IMG/VR virus record: IMGVR_UViG_3300033407_000042
Span: 1-43,035 of that record
Length of the DNA: 43,035 nucleotides
Reading direction: 5' to 3' (one strand)
DNA from: a virus
Taxonomy: Duplodnaviria > Caudoviricetes
Below the pieces are notes generated by a model. That model was not told the DNA's origin. It was given only the letters and a program-made list of their open reading frames with translations, and ran no database searches. The position numbers were made by a program, and so were the translations under genes. Below, piece by piece: positions 35,227-43,035 of the stretch. Numbering within the stretch: position 1 is the stretch's first letter; each line of letters opens with the position of its first letter.

Positions 35227-35949
35227 TTAGGCGGCTTTCGCTTTGAGCGCATCGTTGAGTTCGTCGGCTTTCTTCACCAACGTCTCATGGCTGCACTTGT
35301 GGTGAGGCTTCTCGCCGCCCTGCTCTTCGATCCACAGGACGATTGTTTCGTCATCCCAATCCGAGAATGGGGAATCTGTGGCCGGGGCTTCCTGTACGGG
35401 CTCGACGTTCTCCTGCTTGCCGGATAGCATCGCCTCAAGGCGTTCGAGGCGCTCCTTGAGTTCCGCATTTTCCCCTGCGAGCCTCATGACATCGGCGTTG
35501 CCGGTGGCGCTTTCGAGATAGGCGATGGCCTGATTCTTGAGTTCACGGGCACCCATGCCGAGCTTCTGAAGGAACGAGCCATCCATTTCAGCCAGAGCCT
35601 CGACTGTGAAGATGTTCGAATCCTTCAGCTCTCGGCATTTTGCAGCCGTCAGGATCTTCATTTCCTCAAGCGGGGTGCCGGAGCCATGGAACACCGAGCT
35701 GGCCTTGAAAGCCTTGTAGTGTTCCGGGAACTGCTCCTTGTAGGTCAGCCGGCGATTGGTCACCGGATCGCGGACAGAACCGCCCTGGTTGGCCGGAGCG
35801 ACCAGAACATTGTGCTTGTCGCCTGCGAACCGGATGCGAACGAGTTCCACGTCATCATAAACCGGCCTGCCCGCCTTGGCGGTCGCTGACTTGTTCAATT
35901 CTGTGGAGTTGTAAAATTCGACGTGAAGATGTGGGCGTTCATCGGCCAT
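35227..35949 (-). CDS. Conserved-looking podophage protein between capsid and adaptor genes
   Basis: ORF track; GTPLEE...NIFTVEALAE (HhH-like) plus coiled coil. Confidence 0.8.
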   Translation of the reverse strand: MADERPHLHVEFYNSTELNKSATAKAGRPVYDDVELVRIRFAGDKHNVLVAPANQGGSVRDPVTNRRLTYKEQFPEHYKAFKASSVFHGSGTPLEEMKILTAAKCRELKDSNIFTVEALAEMDGSFLQKLGMGARELKNQAIAYLESATGNADVMRLAGENAELKERLERLEAMLSGKQENVEPVQEAPATDSPFSDWDDETIVLWIEEQGGEKPHHKCSHETLVKKADELNDALKAKAA

Positions 35950-35954
35950 ATCAA

Positions 35955-35977
35955 TTTTCCTTGTCTGAGAAGGTGCG
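35955..35977 (-). promoter_or_regulatory. 23-nt repeated leader element, copy 1 (CGCACCTTCTCAGACAAGGAAAA)
   Basis: Identical to 38653-38675; contains the SD. Confidence 0.8.
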
Positions 35978-35978
35978 A

Positions 35979-36008
35979 GAAAGAAAAGGGGGCGACCGAA
36001 GCCGCCCC
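35979..36008 (-). terminator. Intrinsic terminator after capsid/decoration genes
   Basis: GGGGCGGC-TTCG-GTCGCCCC-CTTTTCTTT. Confidence 0.88.
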
Positions 36009-36017
36009 ACCTGATGC

Positions 36018-36512
36018 TTAGGTTTCAGGTTCCATCTGGACTTCGATTGTCGGCCAGTTGAGCCGTCCGGTTGCGTTGACCGCATCAGCACCGCCGGTAG
36101 CGGTCCCGAAGTGCATGCCGTTGATGAACAGGCCGGTAGCGGCTGCGTCATCGACTTGGCCAGCGTCGGCCGTGGCGTACAGCTTGGCATTTGCCAAGGC
36201 ATCCTGTTCCGAGCGGATGCCGCACGGGCCATAGACCTGCACCCATCCGAACTCGTCATCTGCAAAGACACCATCGGCAACGCCGACCTTGGTGCCCTGC
36301 AGAATGGTGGCGGCAACGTCGGTATCGATCATCGCGGCCTGGAAAGCCGAAGTGATGCTGACAACGTAGCCGTCACCCGTGATAGCTCCATCCGCCTGAA
36401 CGTAGACGTAGAACTTGCCACCCTGGCCCATCATCATGGTGCCGAGCTCGAAGGTGGCGGAAGCGGTTGCCGTGGCGAAATCCGCGCCGACCGCGTTTTG
36501 TCCGATAGACAT
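36018..36512 (-). CDS. Capsid decoration/cement protein
   Basis: Follows the MCP; YVYVQA...FGWVQVYG; AGGAG SD before MSIGQ. Confidence 0.7.
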   Translation of the reverse strand: MSIGQNAVGADFATATASATFELGTMMMGQGGKFYVYVQADGAITGDGYVVSITSAFQAAMIDTDVAATILQGTKVGVADGVFADDEFGWVQVYGPCGIRSEQDALANAKLYATADAGQVDDAAATGLFINGMHFGTATGGADAVNATGRLNWPTIEVQMEPET

Positions 36513-36569
36513 GTTGTATGCTCCTTTGTTGCCTCCTGAAGGCGTTGGGATCAATCAGACCTGACGAAA

Positions 36570-37571
36570 TCAGGGGCTGGAATCGTAAAGCTTCGCCATG
36601 TGAAGCGGGTTGTTCAGCGTCAGGTTTCCGTAGAAGCCGATGTGCTGCACAAGCGCGTCCTGGTTCACCGGCATTTGCTTGCCGCCGAACTTCACGAAGT
36701 TACGATCCGGGTGATAACGAAAGCGCAGGGCCGACGTATCGATGAAGTAAGACACATCGTCGGGCATGGCCGAGCCGATACCGCCTTCAAGAACCACGTC
36801 AACGGACTTGCCGGAGCCGTAATACTTCAGGTTGGTGAAGCCCATCTTGCCAAGCTCGTTTTCGTCGTTGATGCGCTGGATTGCCGTCGTCGCAGCGGTG
36901 TACGCGAGGTAATGCTGCTGCGCGGAGACAATGACGTTCGGTCCCTTGGTGCCACGGCTGCGTTCGACCATAATGTTGTCGAAGATCGTCTTGACCGTGG
37001 TGGACGTAACGCCGGTGATGCCGGAGAATGCGGAGTTCGCGTCGTATGAGGACGTGCGCCAGATCGCATTGTCGGAGCGGGAAATCCCACCGTAAGTGCC
37101 GGAGTTGACAGTCGTCGGGATTGCAAGCTGCAAGCCGCCGATCTGGTTGGTGGCAGTGCCGTCGCCGTGGAGGTCTTCCACGAAACGGTCCTGAAGCTCA
37201 GTTTCAGCCGCCATCATGTGCTCTTCCAGGATATCCTTCAGCTGGTTTGAACCAGAGTTCTTCAGGATGTCCTCGCCGGAGAGCGTGACGGAAACAGCGG
37301 CCAGCTTGGCCGTGAATTCCGCGTCGTTGAACAGTTCGGCGGGCGTCGGGTTGAGGTACTGGTAGCCCGCGTAACGGGTGTAAGTGCCGGACTCATTGTA
37401 GAGCAGGCGTTCGCGGATCGCCGGACCTGAGAAGGTCTTGAACTGGCCGCGCTTTTTCATGAGGAAGAGGATGGCATTCGAGTTCGAAACAAGGTCTGCA
37501 TAACCCTGGGATCGATCCTCAAGCGCCAGCGAAAACGCCTCTTGAAGGCGTTCGTTGGTGGTCAGAGCCAT
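36570..37571 (-). CDS. Major capsid protein
   Basis: 333 aa after scaffold; AGGAGG SD; LADLVSNSN-like N-terminus, DGT...QIGGL, YGGISRS..WR. Confidence 0.88.
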   Translation of the reverse strand: MALTTNERLQEAFSLALEDRSQGYADLVSNSNAILFLMKKRGQFKTFSGPAIRERLLYNESGTYTRYAGYQYLNPTPAELFNDAEFTAKLAAVSVTLSGEDILKNSGSNQLKDILEEHMMAAETELQDRFVEDLHGDGTATNQIGGLQLAIPTTVNSGTYGGISRSDNAIWRTSSYDANSAFSGITGVTSTTVKTIFDNIMVERSRGTKGPNVIVSAQQHYLAYTAATTAIQRINDENELGKMGFTNLKYYGSGKSVDVVLEGGIGSAMPDDVSYFIDTSALRFRYHPDRNFVKFGGKQMPVNQDALVQHIGFYGNLTLNNPLHMAKLYDSSP

Positions 37572-37602
37572 GGTTGTGGCCTCCTAGCGAGTGTTGATCT
37601 CG

Positions 37603-38649
37603 TTACAGTCCCGACGCGGCGAAAGCCTTGTCGAGAGCGTCACGGGCTGAAGCAGGCGGCTTGCGGTGTGCCGGGTTTGAGCCGGAAGACGGTGCGCCTG
37701 TGGTAGAAAGCTGGCCCTTGAGGGTCTGAGCCGGGTCAGCCGGTGGTGCTGCTTGCGCAGCGGGCGCGGGAGGCGTGACAGGGGCGGGGTTGAGCCGCTC
37801 CGCAAGGTCGTATGCTTCCTGCAAATCTTTCGTCCTTCCACTGTTGATGAAGAACGCAATGTCGTTTGAGAGTTCATCGAAGCGAGGCTTTCCCGCTGCG
37901 AACTCATCAATCTGGGAACTGATCGCCTTTTCCTGCTGCGACCTGATTGTGGTTGAAACGCCGCCGATATCCTTTTTCAGGTTGGCGATTTCGTTCCGAA
38001 GCTCACGAATGACGGAATCCTGTTGCGTGGCCTGCTGGTCCTGCGGCTGACCCATGACATGGGCGGCAATCTGCTTCAGCGAAAAGCCGGAGTTTTGCGC
38101 GATCTGGTCAAGACCGGCGAGCAGGTCGCGTTCAAGAAGCTGCTCGATGCCGGTGTAATGGTCGAACACTTCCTGAAACGATTGACCAGACTGCTTGAGC
38201 TGCTGGTCAAAGGCCTTGTACGGCTCGAATGCCTGCTGGTACTGCTGGATACCACCCTCAAGCTCTTTGATGGCGCGGGTGACTTCCGACTTCACTGCAT
38301 CCGGCGCTGTAGCCCATGCTGCCTTTGCATCGGGGGAAAACCGGCTGGGCGGCTCGACAGCGGTAACGGCTGGCTTGTCGGCGGGTGTGGCCGCTTCCGC
38401 AGCGACAACGCCCTCTATGGCCTTTTCCGTGGCCTTGAATGTGCCATCCGCGTTACGGTCCCGGCCCGGTTGAGCCAGATCGTCAACCGGAGCCGCCGCA
38501 TTCTTTGCTTCCATCGCAGCGAATGCGCGCTCGATAGAGCTTCGTGCTGATGGTTCCGACGTAACATCATTAGAGGGTTGAACGCTCGAAACGTCAGCTT
38601 CGGGCATAGAAACGGCATCCGCCGCAACTGGTGTTGCTTCGTCGGTCAT
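37603..38649 (-). CDS. Capsid scaffolding protein
   Basis: Acidic/Ala-Pro N-terminus, RNADGTF motif, coiled coil, directly upstream of the MCP. Confidence 0.8.
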   Translation of the reverse strand: MTDEATPVAADAVSMPEADVSSVQPSNDVTSEPSARSSIERAFAAMEAKNAAAPVDDLAQPGRDRNADGTFKATEKAIEGVVAAEAATPADKPAVTAVEPPSRFSPDAKAAWATAPDAVKSEVTRAIKELEGGIQQYQQAFEPYKAFDQQLKQSGQSFQEVFDHYTGIEQLLERDLLAGLDQIAQNSGFSLKQIAAHVMGQPQDQQATQQDSVIRELRNEIANLKKDIGGVSTTIRSQQEKAISSQIDEFAAGKPRFDELSNDIAFFINSGRTKDLQEAYDLAERLNPAPVTPPAPAAQAAPPADPAQTLKGQLSTTGAPSSGSNPAHRKPPASARDALDKAFAASGL

Positions 38650-38652
38650 TGG

Positions 38653-38675
38653 TTTTCCTTGTCTGAGAAGGTGCG
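38653..38675 (-). promoter_or_regulatory. 23-nt repeated leader element, copy 2
   Basis: Identical to 35955-35977; 3 nt before the scaffold ATG. Confidence 0.8.
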
Positions 38676-38676
38676 G

Positions 38677-38922
38677 TTAGTTTCCGAGTGCAAAAAGGAG
38701 CAGGGCGAAGGCGCTGGAAACAAACGCGCCATACGCTGCATAGATAGAGCCCTTATAGCTCTGGGGATCAGGCCCCATGAACTGCGAGGCCGTCGCCAGG
38801 AACGCCGATAAAAGAGCGGCAACCTTCACCGGATGTCCGCCCATGACGATCAGTGGAACCAGAAATATTGCGGCAAAGACGGATGCCGTTATGGCGAACA
38901 TGAGACGGTCGAGCATTATCAA
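38677..38922 (-). CDS. Small three-TM membrane protein
   Basis: Three hydrophobic segments; AGGAG SD. Confidence 0.7.
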   Translation of the reverse strand: MIMLDRLMFAITASVFAAIFLVPLIVMGGHPVKVAALLSAFLATASQFMGPDPQSYKGSIYAAYGAFVSSAFALLLFALGN

Positions 38923-38931
38923 CTCCTGCCG

Positions 38932-39675
38932 TTAAACGGCGTCGGGTACGAGCTGCGTCTGTGTGCCGTCGATGAGCGTAGACACGATGGCAAGCCAGGT
39001 GTTATCCGCCACACACTTGAGCCGGGCATAGGTGCCAGCGACAAAGGCGCATTCGTTGGTGGCACCAATCACGACGTTGTTGAGCTTTGCGGATGCATCG
39101 GCAGACCGAAGCTCAAAGCCTTGCGTGGCGTAGATCTCGATTTCCTTGCCAATATCACCGGCAACGTTGGTTGGCAGATGCACGATGTCATCCGCGTTCG
39201 TCGTGAACGACACGAGATTGAGGCCATCGGTGAAGGTCAGCACCGGGATGCTGCCACCCGTCGCGGCGGTAACAACCGTGGTGTTGGTGTTCTGGATGGA
39301 GCCGGTCAGCACCACAGTTCCGGTAATGTCGGCATCACCGGTCACCACCATCTTGTCAGCGCTTTCGTCCCACAGCCATGATTTGCCAGCGGTCGCGCCG
39401 AAGAGTTTGACGTCATAGCCGGTATCGTCAACACCCACCGTCACAGTGCCGTCGATCTGGACCGTGGCGTCAAGGTTGAGCGTGTCGGCACTCTCATCCC
39501 AGAACAGTTTCTGGCCCGCCGTGGCACCGTAGAAAATCACGTCGTGGCCCGTTCCATCGACACCAACGGTGATTGGCTCAAGAACGCCATCGAGGCTGAG
39601 AATGTTGGCAACAATCGTATTGGCGAGTTCGGGCGGCATGCCGAGCATTACAAGCTTTTCAGCGGTCGTGGTCAT
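38932..39675 (-). CDS. Beta-rich structural-like protein with 43-aa tandem duplication (possible head fibre)
   Basis: TVGVD.TG.DV...GATAG....WDESAD repeated twice. Confidence 0.75.
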   Translation of the reverse strand: MTTTAEKLVMLGMPPELANTIVANILSLDGVLEPITVGVDGTGHDVIFYGATAGQKLFWDESADTLNLDATVQIDGTVTVGVDDTGYDVKLFGATAGKSWLWDESADKMVVTGDADITGTVVLTGSIQNTNTTVVTAATGGSIPVLTFTDGLNLVSFTTNADDIVHLPTNVAGDIGKEIEIYATQGFELRSADASAKLNNVVIGATNECAFVAGTYARLKCVADNTWLAIVSTLIDGTQTQLVPDAV

Positions 39676-39697
39676 TGGATATTCCTTTCAGGTTGGA

Positions 39698-40033
39698 TCA
39701 GGCTCCGAGCCCGGCTTTGGAAAATGCACCATGCACAGCCGCCTTGATCTTCTGGCGATCTGGGGGCGGTCTCTTGTATGGTTTTGGATCGGTGACGCTG
39801 CTATCGTTGCCGACTTCAACCATCCCGGCGGCCTTGTATGTGGATCGCAGCGCCGCCTTGCTGTCGTACAGTTTCCCGTCCAGCATCGATTGAACCGGGT
39901 TCATCGTGTCGGCAATGACGCTGGGGGAAGGAAGATCCGATGCGCTCAAGACGCGCTCAGGGAGGCAGTTGTGGGGCCACGCATCCAGCTTGTGCCAACC
40001 ACCACAGCAACGGCAGAGACGTTCACGGCTCAT
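39698..40033 (-). CDS. Hypothetical protein (CRCCGGWH...HNC; DGKLYDSK)
   Basis: ORF track; late operon. Confidence 0.75.
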   Translation of the reverse strand: MSRERLCRCCGGWHKLDAWPHNCLPERVLSASDLPSPSVIADTMNPVQSMLDGKLYDSKAALRSTYKAAGMVEVGNDSSVTDPKPYKRPPPDRQKIKAAVHGAFSKAGLGA

Positions 40034-40280
40034 CGGTCCAAACCCCTACGTTTGACGAAATCTTTCGCTTCGCATCCGCGACAACTGACTTCACAGCGTT
40101 AGCTTCGTCCTGACTGGAAAGAACCCCGTTCGGGAATGAACATTGGGCCTTCCGGCCATTGGCCTTACCTTGAACGAGAAGAACTGTTGTTCCGCCCTCA
40201 TCCGACGCGGAGACAACCACAACGCCGATGTTGCCGAGTTTGCGGGTGATTGCATCCAGCACACTCAATCGGGCCTCCAT
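40023..40280 (-). CDS. Hypothetical protein
   Basis: ORF track. Confidence 0.6.
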   Translation of the reverse strand: MEARLSVLDAITRKLGNIGVVVVSASDEGGTTVLLVQGKANGRKAQCSFPNGVLSSQDEANAVKSVVADAKRKISSNVGVWTDEP

Positions 40281-40510
40281 TCGCCCTCAATGAATATCTG
40301 AGGGCCATATCCATTTGACATATGCCGAGTGCAGCGAGGGTCTAGCCTCTGGTTTGCAACCCAAACCGGCTCGCCTTCCTCAAACTCATGAAATGAACCG
40401 GCGCTTAAAACCGTGTTTAGCGCCAGAGCGTCCTTGACTTTGCAGATGGTCTTGCCTGTCTCAGCATCCATCACGCGGTCACCCGGCCTTGCGAATATGT
40501 GGCCCATCAA
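40265..40510 (-). CDS. Hypothetical protein
   Basis: ORF track; GGAGG SD. Confidence 0.65.
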   Translation of the reverse strand: MMGHIFARPGDRVMDAETGKTICKVKDALALNTVLSAGSFHEFEEGEPVWVANQRLDPRCTRHMSNGYGPQIFIEGEWRPD

Positions 40511-42564
40511 TTCACCGCCTCCGGTTTGCTGGCCTTGGCACTCGCCGTAACCACGGCAGCGCTGGCCTGACTGTTGATGCGCTCAATCTCGGCCTCGATC
40601 TTTCGAATCTCCGCCGCTGTCTTCGCAAGATCTGCCTGTGCCTGCACGGCATCAGCCTCAGATTTGGCCTGGATAGATGCGAGGTTGGCTTGAATCTCCT
40701 GCCCCTTCATCTCCTGCACCTTAGCCGCAGCCTCGGCAGCCGGATCAGGTTTTGGCTGCGATGCGGTCTGCTTGACGTTGTCGGCAAACTGATCGATCGC
40801 AGCTTCAAGCGCCCGTCCAGCCCGGAACGGAGCAACGGCGAACTTCAGGACCTCTGAGGCAAACTCTGCGGACTGAGGCTGTGCCGCGACCATCGGTGCC
40901 AGTTGGGACAGCGCCGTTCCAAGAGCACCAAGGAATTCCGTGGTTCTCTGCTTGGCTGCGTCCTCGTCCGGCTGAATCGTGCTGTCCGTCTCGATCTCAA
41001 GGGCGAAGGGGCGCATGCGCTCGTCCTTGATAAACTCAAGAACCTGTTCGAATGTGATCTGCCCCTGAAGCTCCTGCACCTGCTGCTTGACCTGCTGCAA
41101 GAGCTGCTGCGCCATTTCCGGGTTGGCCTGAGCCTGCGCCACCATCTGAGGATTGCGCGCCGCCGCCTGTACCTGCCCTTGAACCTGGGCGATCTGTTGC
41201 GCGATCTGTTGCTGTGTCGGCAAGCCATCGTATTGAGACATGGCAGCGATGGTTTCGGGCCTGAAATTCTCGGAGATGATTTCGCCTGCGATCCGAGCCG
41301 CGTCACGCGCAATCCGGATCATTTCTTCCTGCCGGTCTCTGATGCGAACATTGCCGTACTGGCTCTTGAGCTGTTGAGCGCCGAGCGTCTCGTTCGGGTC
41401 CGTCGCGCCACGCATGATATCCGACAGGCCGGATATCTGGTACGCATCATCGATCAGCTGCTTGCGGAGGTTGATCAACTGGGCGATAACCGCCGCGATC
41501 TGCTCTACCGGCAACCATATGATGCTGTCCTTGAACGTCCCATTGCCAAACTGCGCGACGTTCGGAACAGGCACGAGGATGGCGTTGTTGTCCTGTTGCT
41601 TCATCGCCGTTTCGATGGCGGTGGATATTTCCTCGTTGCCTGCCGAGTAGAATCCCTTCATCCGCAGGGCTTCGGAAAGGGCGGAGATGCGAGCCGTCAG
41701 TTCGTTGATTTCCTCAATCTGGTCCTTGTAGAACAGAAAATCCGGGACTGGCTTGAGCGACCGGCGCTGCACAGTGCCATAGGCCGGGCACGGACAGGGA
41801 AAGAATCCCTCAAGCGAGAGGAATGGAGGCTGTATATCAAGCACGTCCTCGACGCCCTCGGTGGTCCAGACAACGGCACCTTTGGTTTTGCTCCACGTCT
41901 CGTTGACGCAGGCCTTTTTCTCGCCCTTGTATTCCTCGTCCTTGCGCTCTTCGTAGGTTGCTTTCTGATAGGCATCGCCACTTGACTTCTCGAAGCGGGC
42001 CTTCATCTGCTCCCTGGTGAGGTAGGATTTACGGTTGACCCAGCCGACCTCTTTCCACTTGCGGGCCGGGTCGTGCACGAAATCCTTGCGGTCAATGTGG
42101 TCGTAACAGACCTTTTCGTTGCCCTCGCTGTCTTCTTCGTATCTGACCCACAGGACGCCACGGGCGGACGCAGCCAGATCGTCGCGGACCTGCTTCATTG
42201 TCTCGTGGATGTTCTCCGTGTCGAACGATGTTACGAGGCAGCGCTCGATAAGCTCGGAGGCATGGCGATTGATCGGCTTGCGGTCCTTGAACCGTGACCC
42301 GACGAGTGGCACCGGGGGGCGGGCGTAGATGGATGGCTTGAGAACCTCCATGTTCGCCCAGAATATCTGCATCTCTCGTTCTTTGCTCTCCCCGAATTTC
42401 TTCAGGTCAGCATAGAACTTGTCGATGTTGTCGCACTTCTCCTGATACAGCGAAAAGCAGCGCTCAGCATCCTTGATGGCCTCAAGCCATGGCTTGGACG
42501 CGCGCATGTCTGCATACGGATCGGTAGGCTTACCGTCCGTTGCCAGCTCCGGAGATTCTGCCAT
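40507..42564 (-). CDS. Portal protein
   Basis: 685 aa after terL; DFVHDPAR.W, FFPCP, ISGLSDIMRG..ET.GAQQLK; Gln-rich C-terminal coiled coil. Confidence 0.9.
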   Translation of the reverse strand: MAESPELATDGKPTDPYADMRASKPWLEAIKDAERCFSLYQEKCDNIDKFYADLKKFGESKEREMQIFWANMEVLKPSIYARPPVPLVGSRFKDRKPINRHASELIERCLVTSFDTENIHETMKQVRDDLAASARGVLWVRYEEDSEGNEKVCYDHIDRKDFVHDPARKWKEVGWVNRKSYLTREQMKARFEKSSGDAYQKATYEERKDEEYKGEKKACVNETWSKTKGAVVWTTEGVEDVLDIQPPFLSLEGFFPCPCPAYGTVQRRSLKPVPDFLFYKDQIEEINELTARISALSEALRMKGFYSAGNEEISTAIETAMKQQDNNAILVPVPNVAQFGNGTFKDSIIWLPVEQIAAVIAQLINLRKQLIDDAYQISGLSDIMRGATDPNETLGAQQLKSQYGNVRIRDRQEEMIRIARDAARIAGEIISENFRPETIAAMSQYDGLPTQQQIAQQIAQVQGQVQAAARNPQMVAQAQANPEMAQQLLQQVKQQVQELQGQITFEQVLEFIKDERMRPFALEIETDSTIQPDEDAAKQRTTEFLGALGTALSQLAPMVAAQPQSAEFASEVLKFAVAPFRAGRALEAAIDQFADNVKQTASQPKPDPAAEAAAKVQEMKGQEIQANLASIQAKSEADAVQAQADLAKTAAEIRKIEAEIERINSQASAAVVTASAKASKPEAVN

Positions 42565-42779
42565 CAGACAGCACTCACCCTTGGCATATGGGCCAGCCTT
42601 TGACGCGTCACCTCTTCAATGGGATCGTCGGCAACCCATACACGGCTGACCGGAATCGCGTCTGGAAATGTCTCCATGAACGCATCCACATCTTTGATAT
42701 CGACCGCGATATCCATCACGATGCTTGGCGAAACGTGGACAGCGTAAACCCATGCAGACGTTCTAGTCGTGCTGCTCAT
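42564..42779 (-). CDS. Hypothetical protein between terL and portal
   Basis: ORF track; TGATG coupling to the portal. Confidence 0.6.
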   Translation of the reverse strand: MSSTTRTSAWVYAVHVSPSIVMDIAVDIKDVDAFMETFPDAIPVSRVWVADDPIEEVTRQRLAHMPRVSAV

Positions 42780-42793
42780 AGCGTTATCCTTGG

Positions 42794-42908
42794 CTAAACT
42801 TTGATTCTTGTCCTGCTAGGCGGGACGGGCGGGCCGGGAAGCATGACCGTGCCAACGGGCTGCGGTGGTTTATCGGCCGCTTGGGCCGGAGCCACATGCC
42901 GCCATGCC
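42794..42908 (-). CDS. terL: Terminase large subunit, 3' part
   Basis: In-frame continuation after HDWTSHLADAFRYLAL, ending ...PSRTRIKV-TAG at 42794. Confidence 0.9.
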
Positions 42909-43035
42909 AGCGCCAGATAGCGGAAAGCGTCCGCGAGATGCGATGTCCAGTCATGAACCTCGTTCGCTCTGAATGTCTTCTTTTCGTCATCCCACTCGCG
43001 CCGGTATTGCTCCAGCGCGGCAAGCCCTACGTCTT
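42909..43035 (+). repeat. 127-bp terminal overlap, right copy
   Basis: Identical to 1-127. Confidence 0.95.

Larger units (their letters stand above)
1..43035. mobile_element. Complete temperate phage genome (podovirus-like, P22-type virion module), circular/excised form
   Basis: Full packaging, capsid, tail, lysis, immunity, recombination and integrase modules; no host genes; terminal overlap; att core in attP context; no tape measure or sheath gene seen. Confidence 0.95.

Noticed and set aside
40903-41985. 360-aa plus-strand ORF opposite the portal, and similar ORFs opposite capsid, ejection and early genes (e.g. 30479-31225, 13368-14171, 2527-3207)
   Set aside because: Shadow ORFs expected from GC-rich codon bias; no motifs or supporting signals seen
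42784-43023. 79-aa ORF and apparent terL truncation or pseudogene
   Set aside because: terL is intact across the circular join; the listed ORF is in a different frame
42909-43035. 127-bp direct terminal repeat as a biological virion end
   Set aside because: Length equals a common assembler k-mer (127) and it falls mid-terL; best explained as circular contig overlap
1-43035. CRISPR array or retron
   Set aside because: No regularly spaced repeats and no Cas or RT genes recognised

Overview
The window is a complete, circularly assembled temperate phage genome of 42,908 bp. Bases 1-127 are repeated at 42909-43035, and the terminase large subunit reads in frame across this join. It is most likely a lambdoid-organised podovirus of an alphaproteobacterial (Rhizobiaceae-like) host; this is inferred from a GcrA homologue, CtrA-type boxes, a cuckoo-like RNA and a tRNA-Val-like att core. 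Layout: (i) minus-strand early-right operon from cro (10342) through a PRTase, a mini RNA ligase, an HNH-AP2 nuclease, a DNA MTase, a truncated replication protein and GcrA to a NusG-family antiterminator; (ii) immunity region with a short cI lacking a peptidase domain and about 500 bp of structured non-coding DNA; (iii) plus-strand early-left operon with ERF, DnaQ, lambda-exo, SSB, HNH, a DfrB-domain protein, MmcB-like nuclease and integrase, followed by attP; (iv) minus-strand late operon (terS, terL, portal, scaffold, capsid, P22-like tail and ejection proteins, fibre, GH19 lysin, holin, spanins) with small antisense morons. The strongest candidate for an undescribed system is an approximately 480-nt structured RNA with an antisense approximately 80-nt sRNA beside the left operators (ColE1 RNAII/RNAI-like geometry), in a phage with no recognisable complete replication initiator. 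All family assignments come from motif recognition by eye; no searches or folding programs were run.
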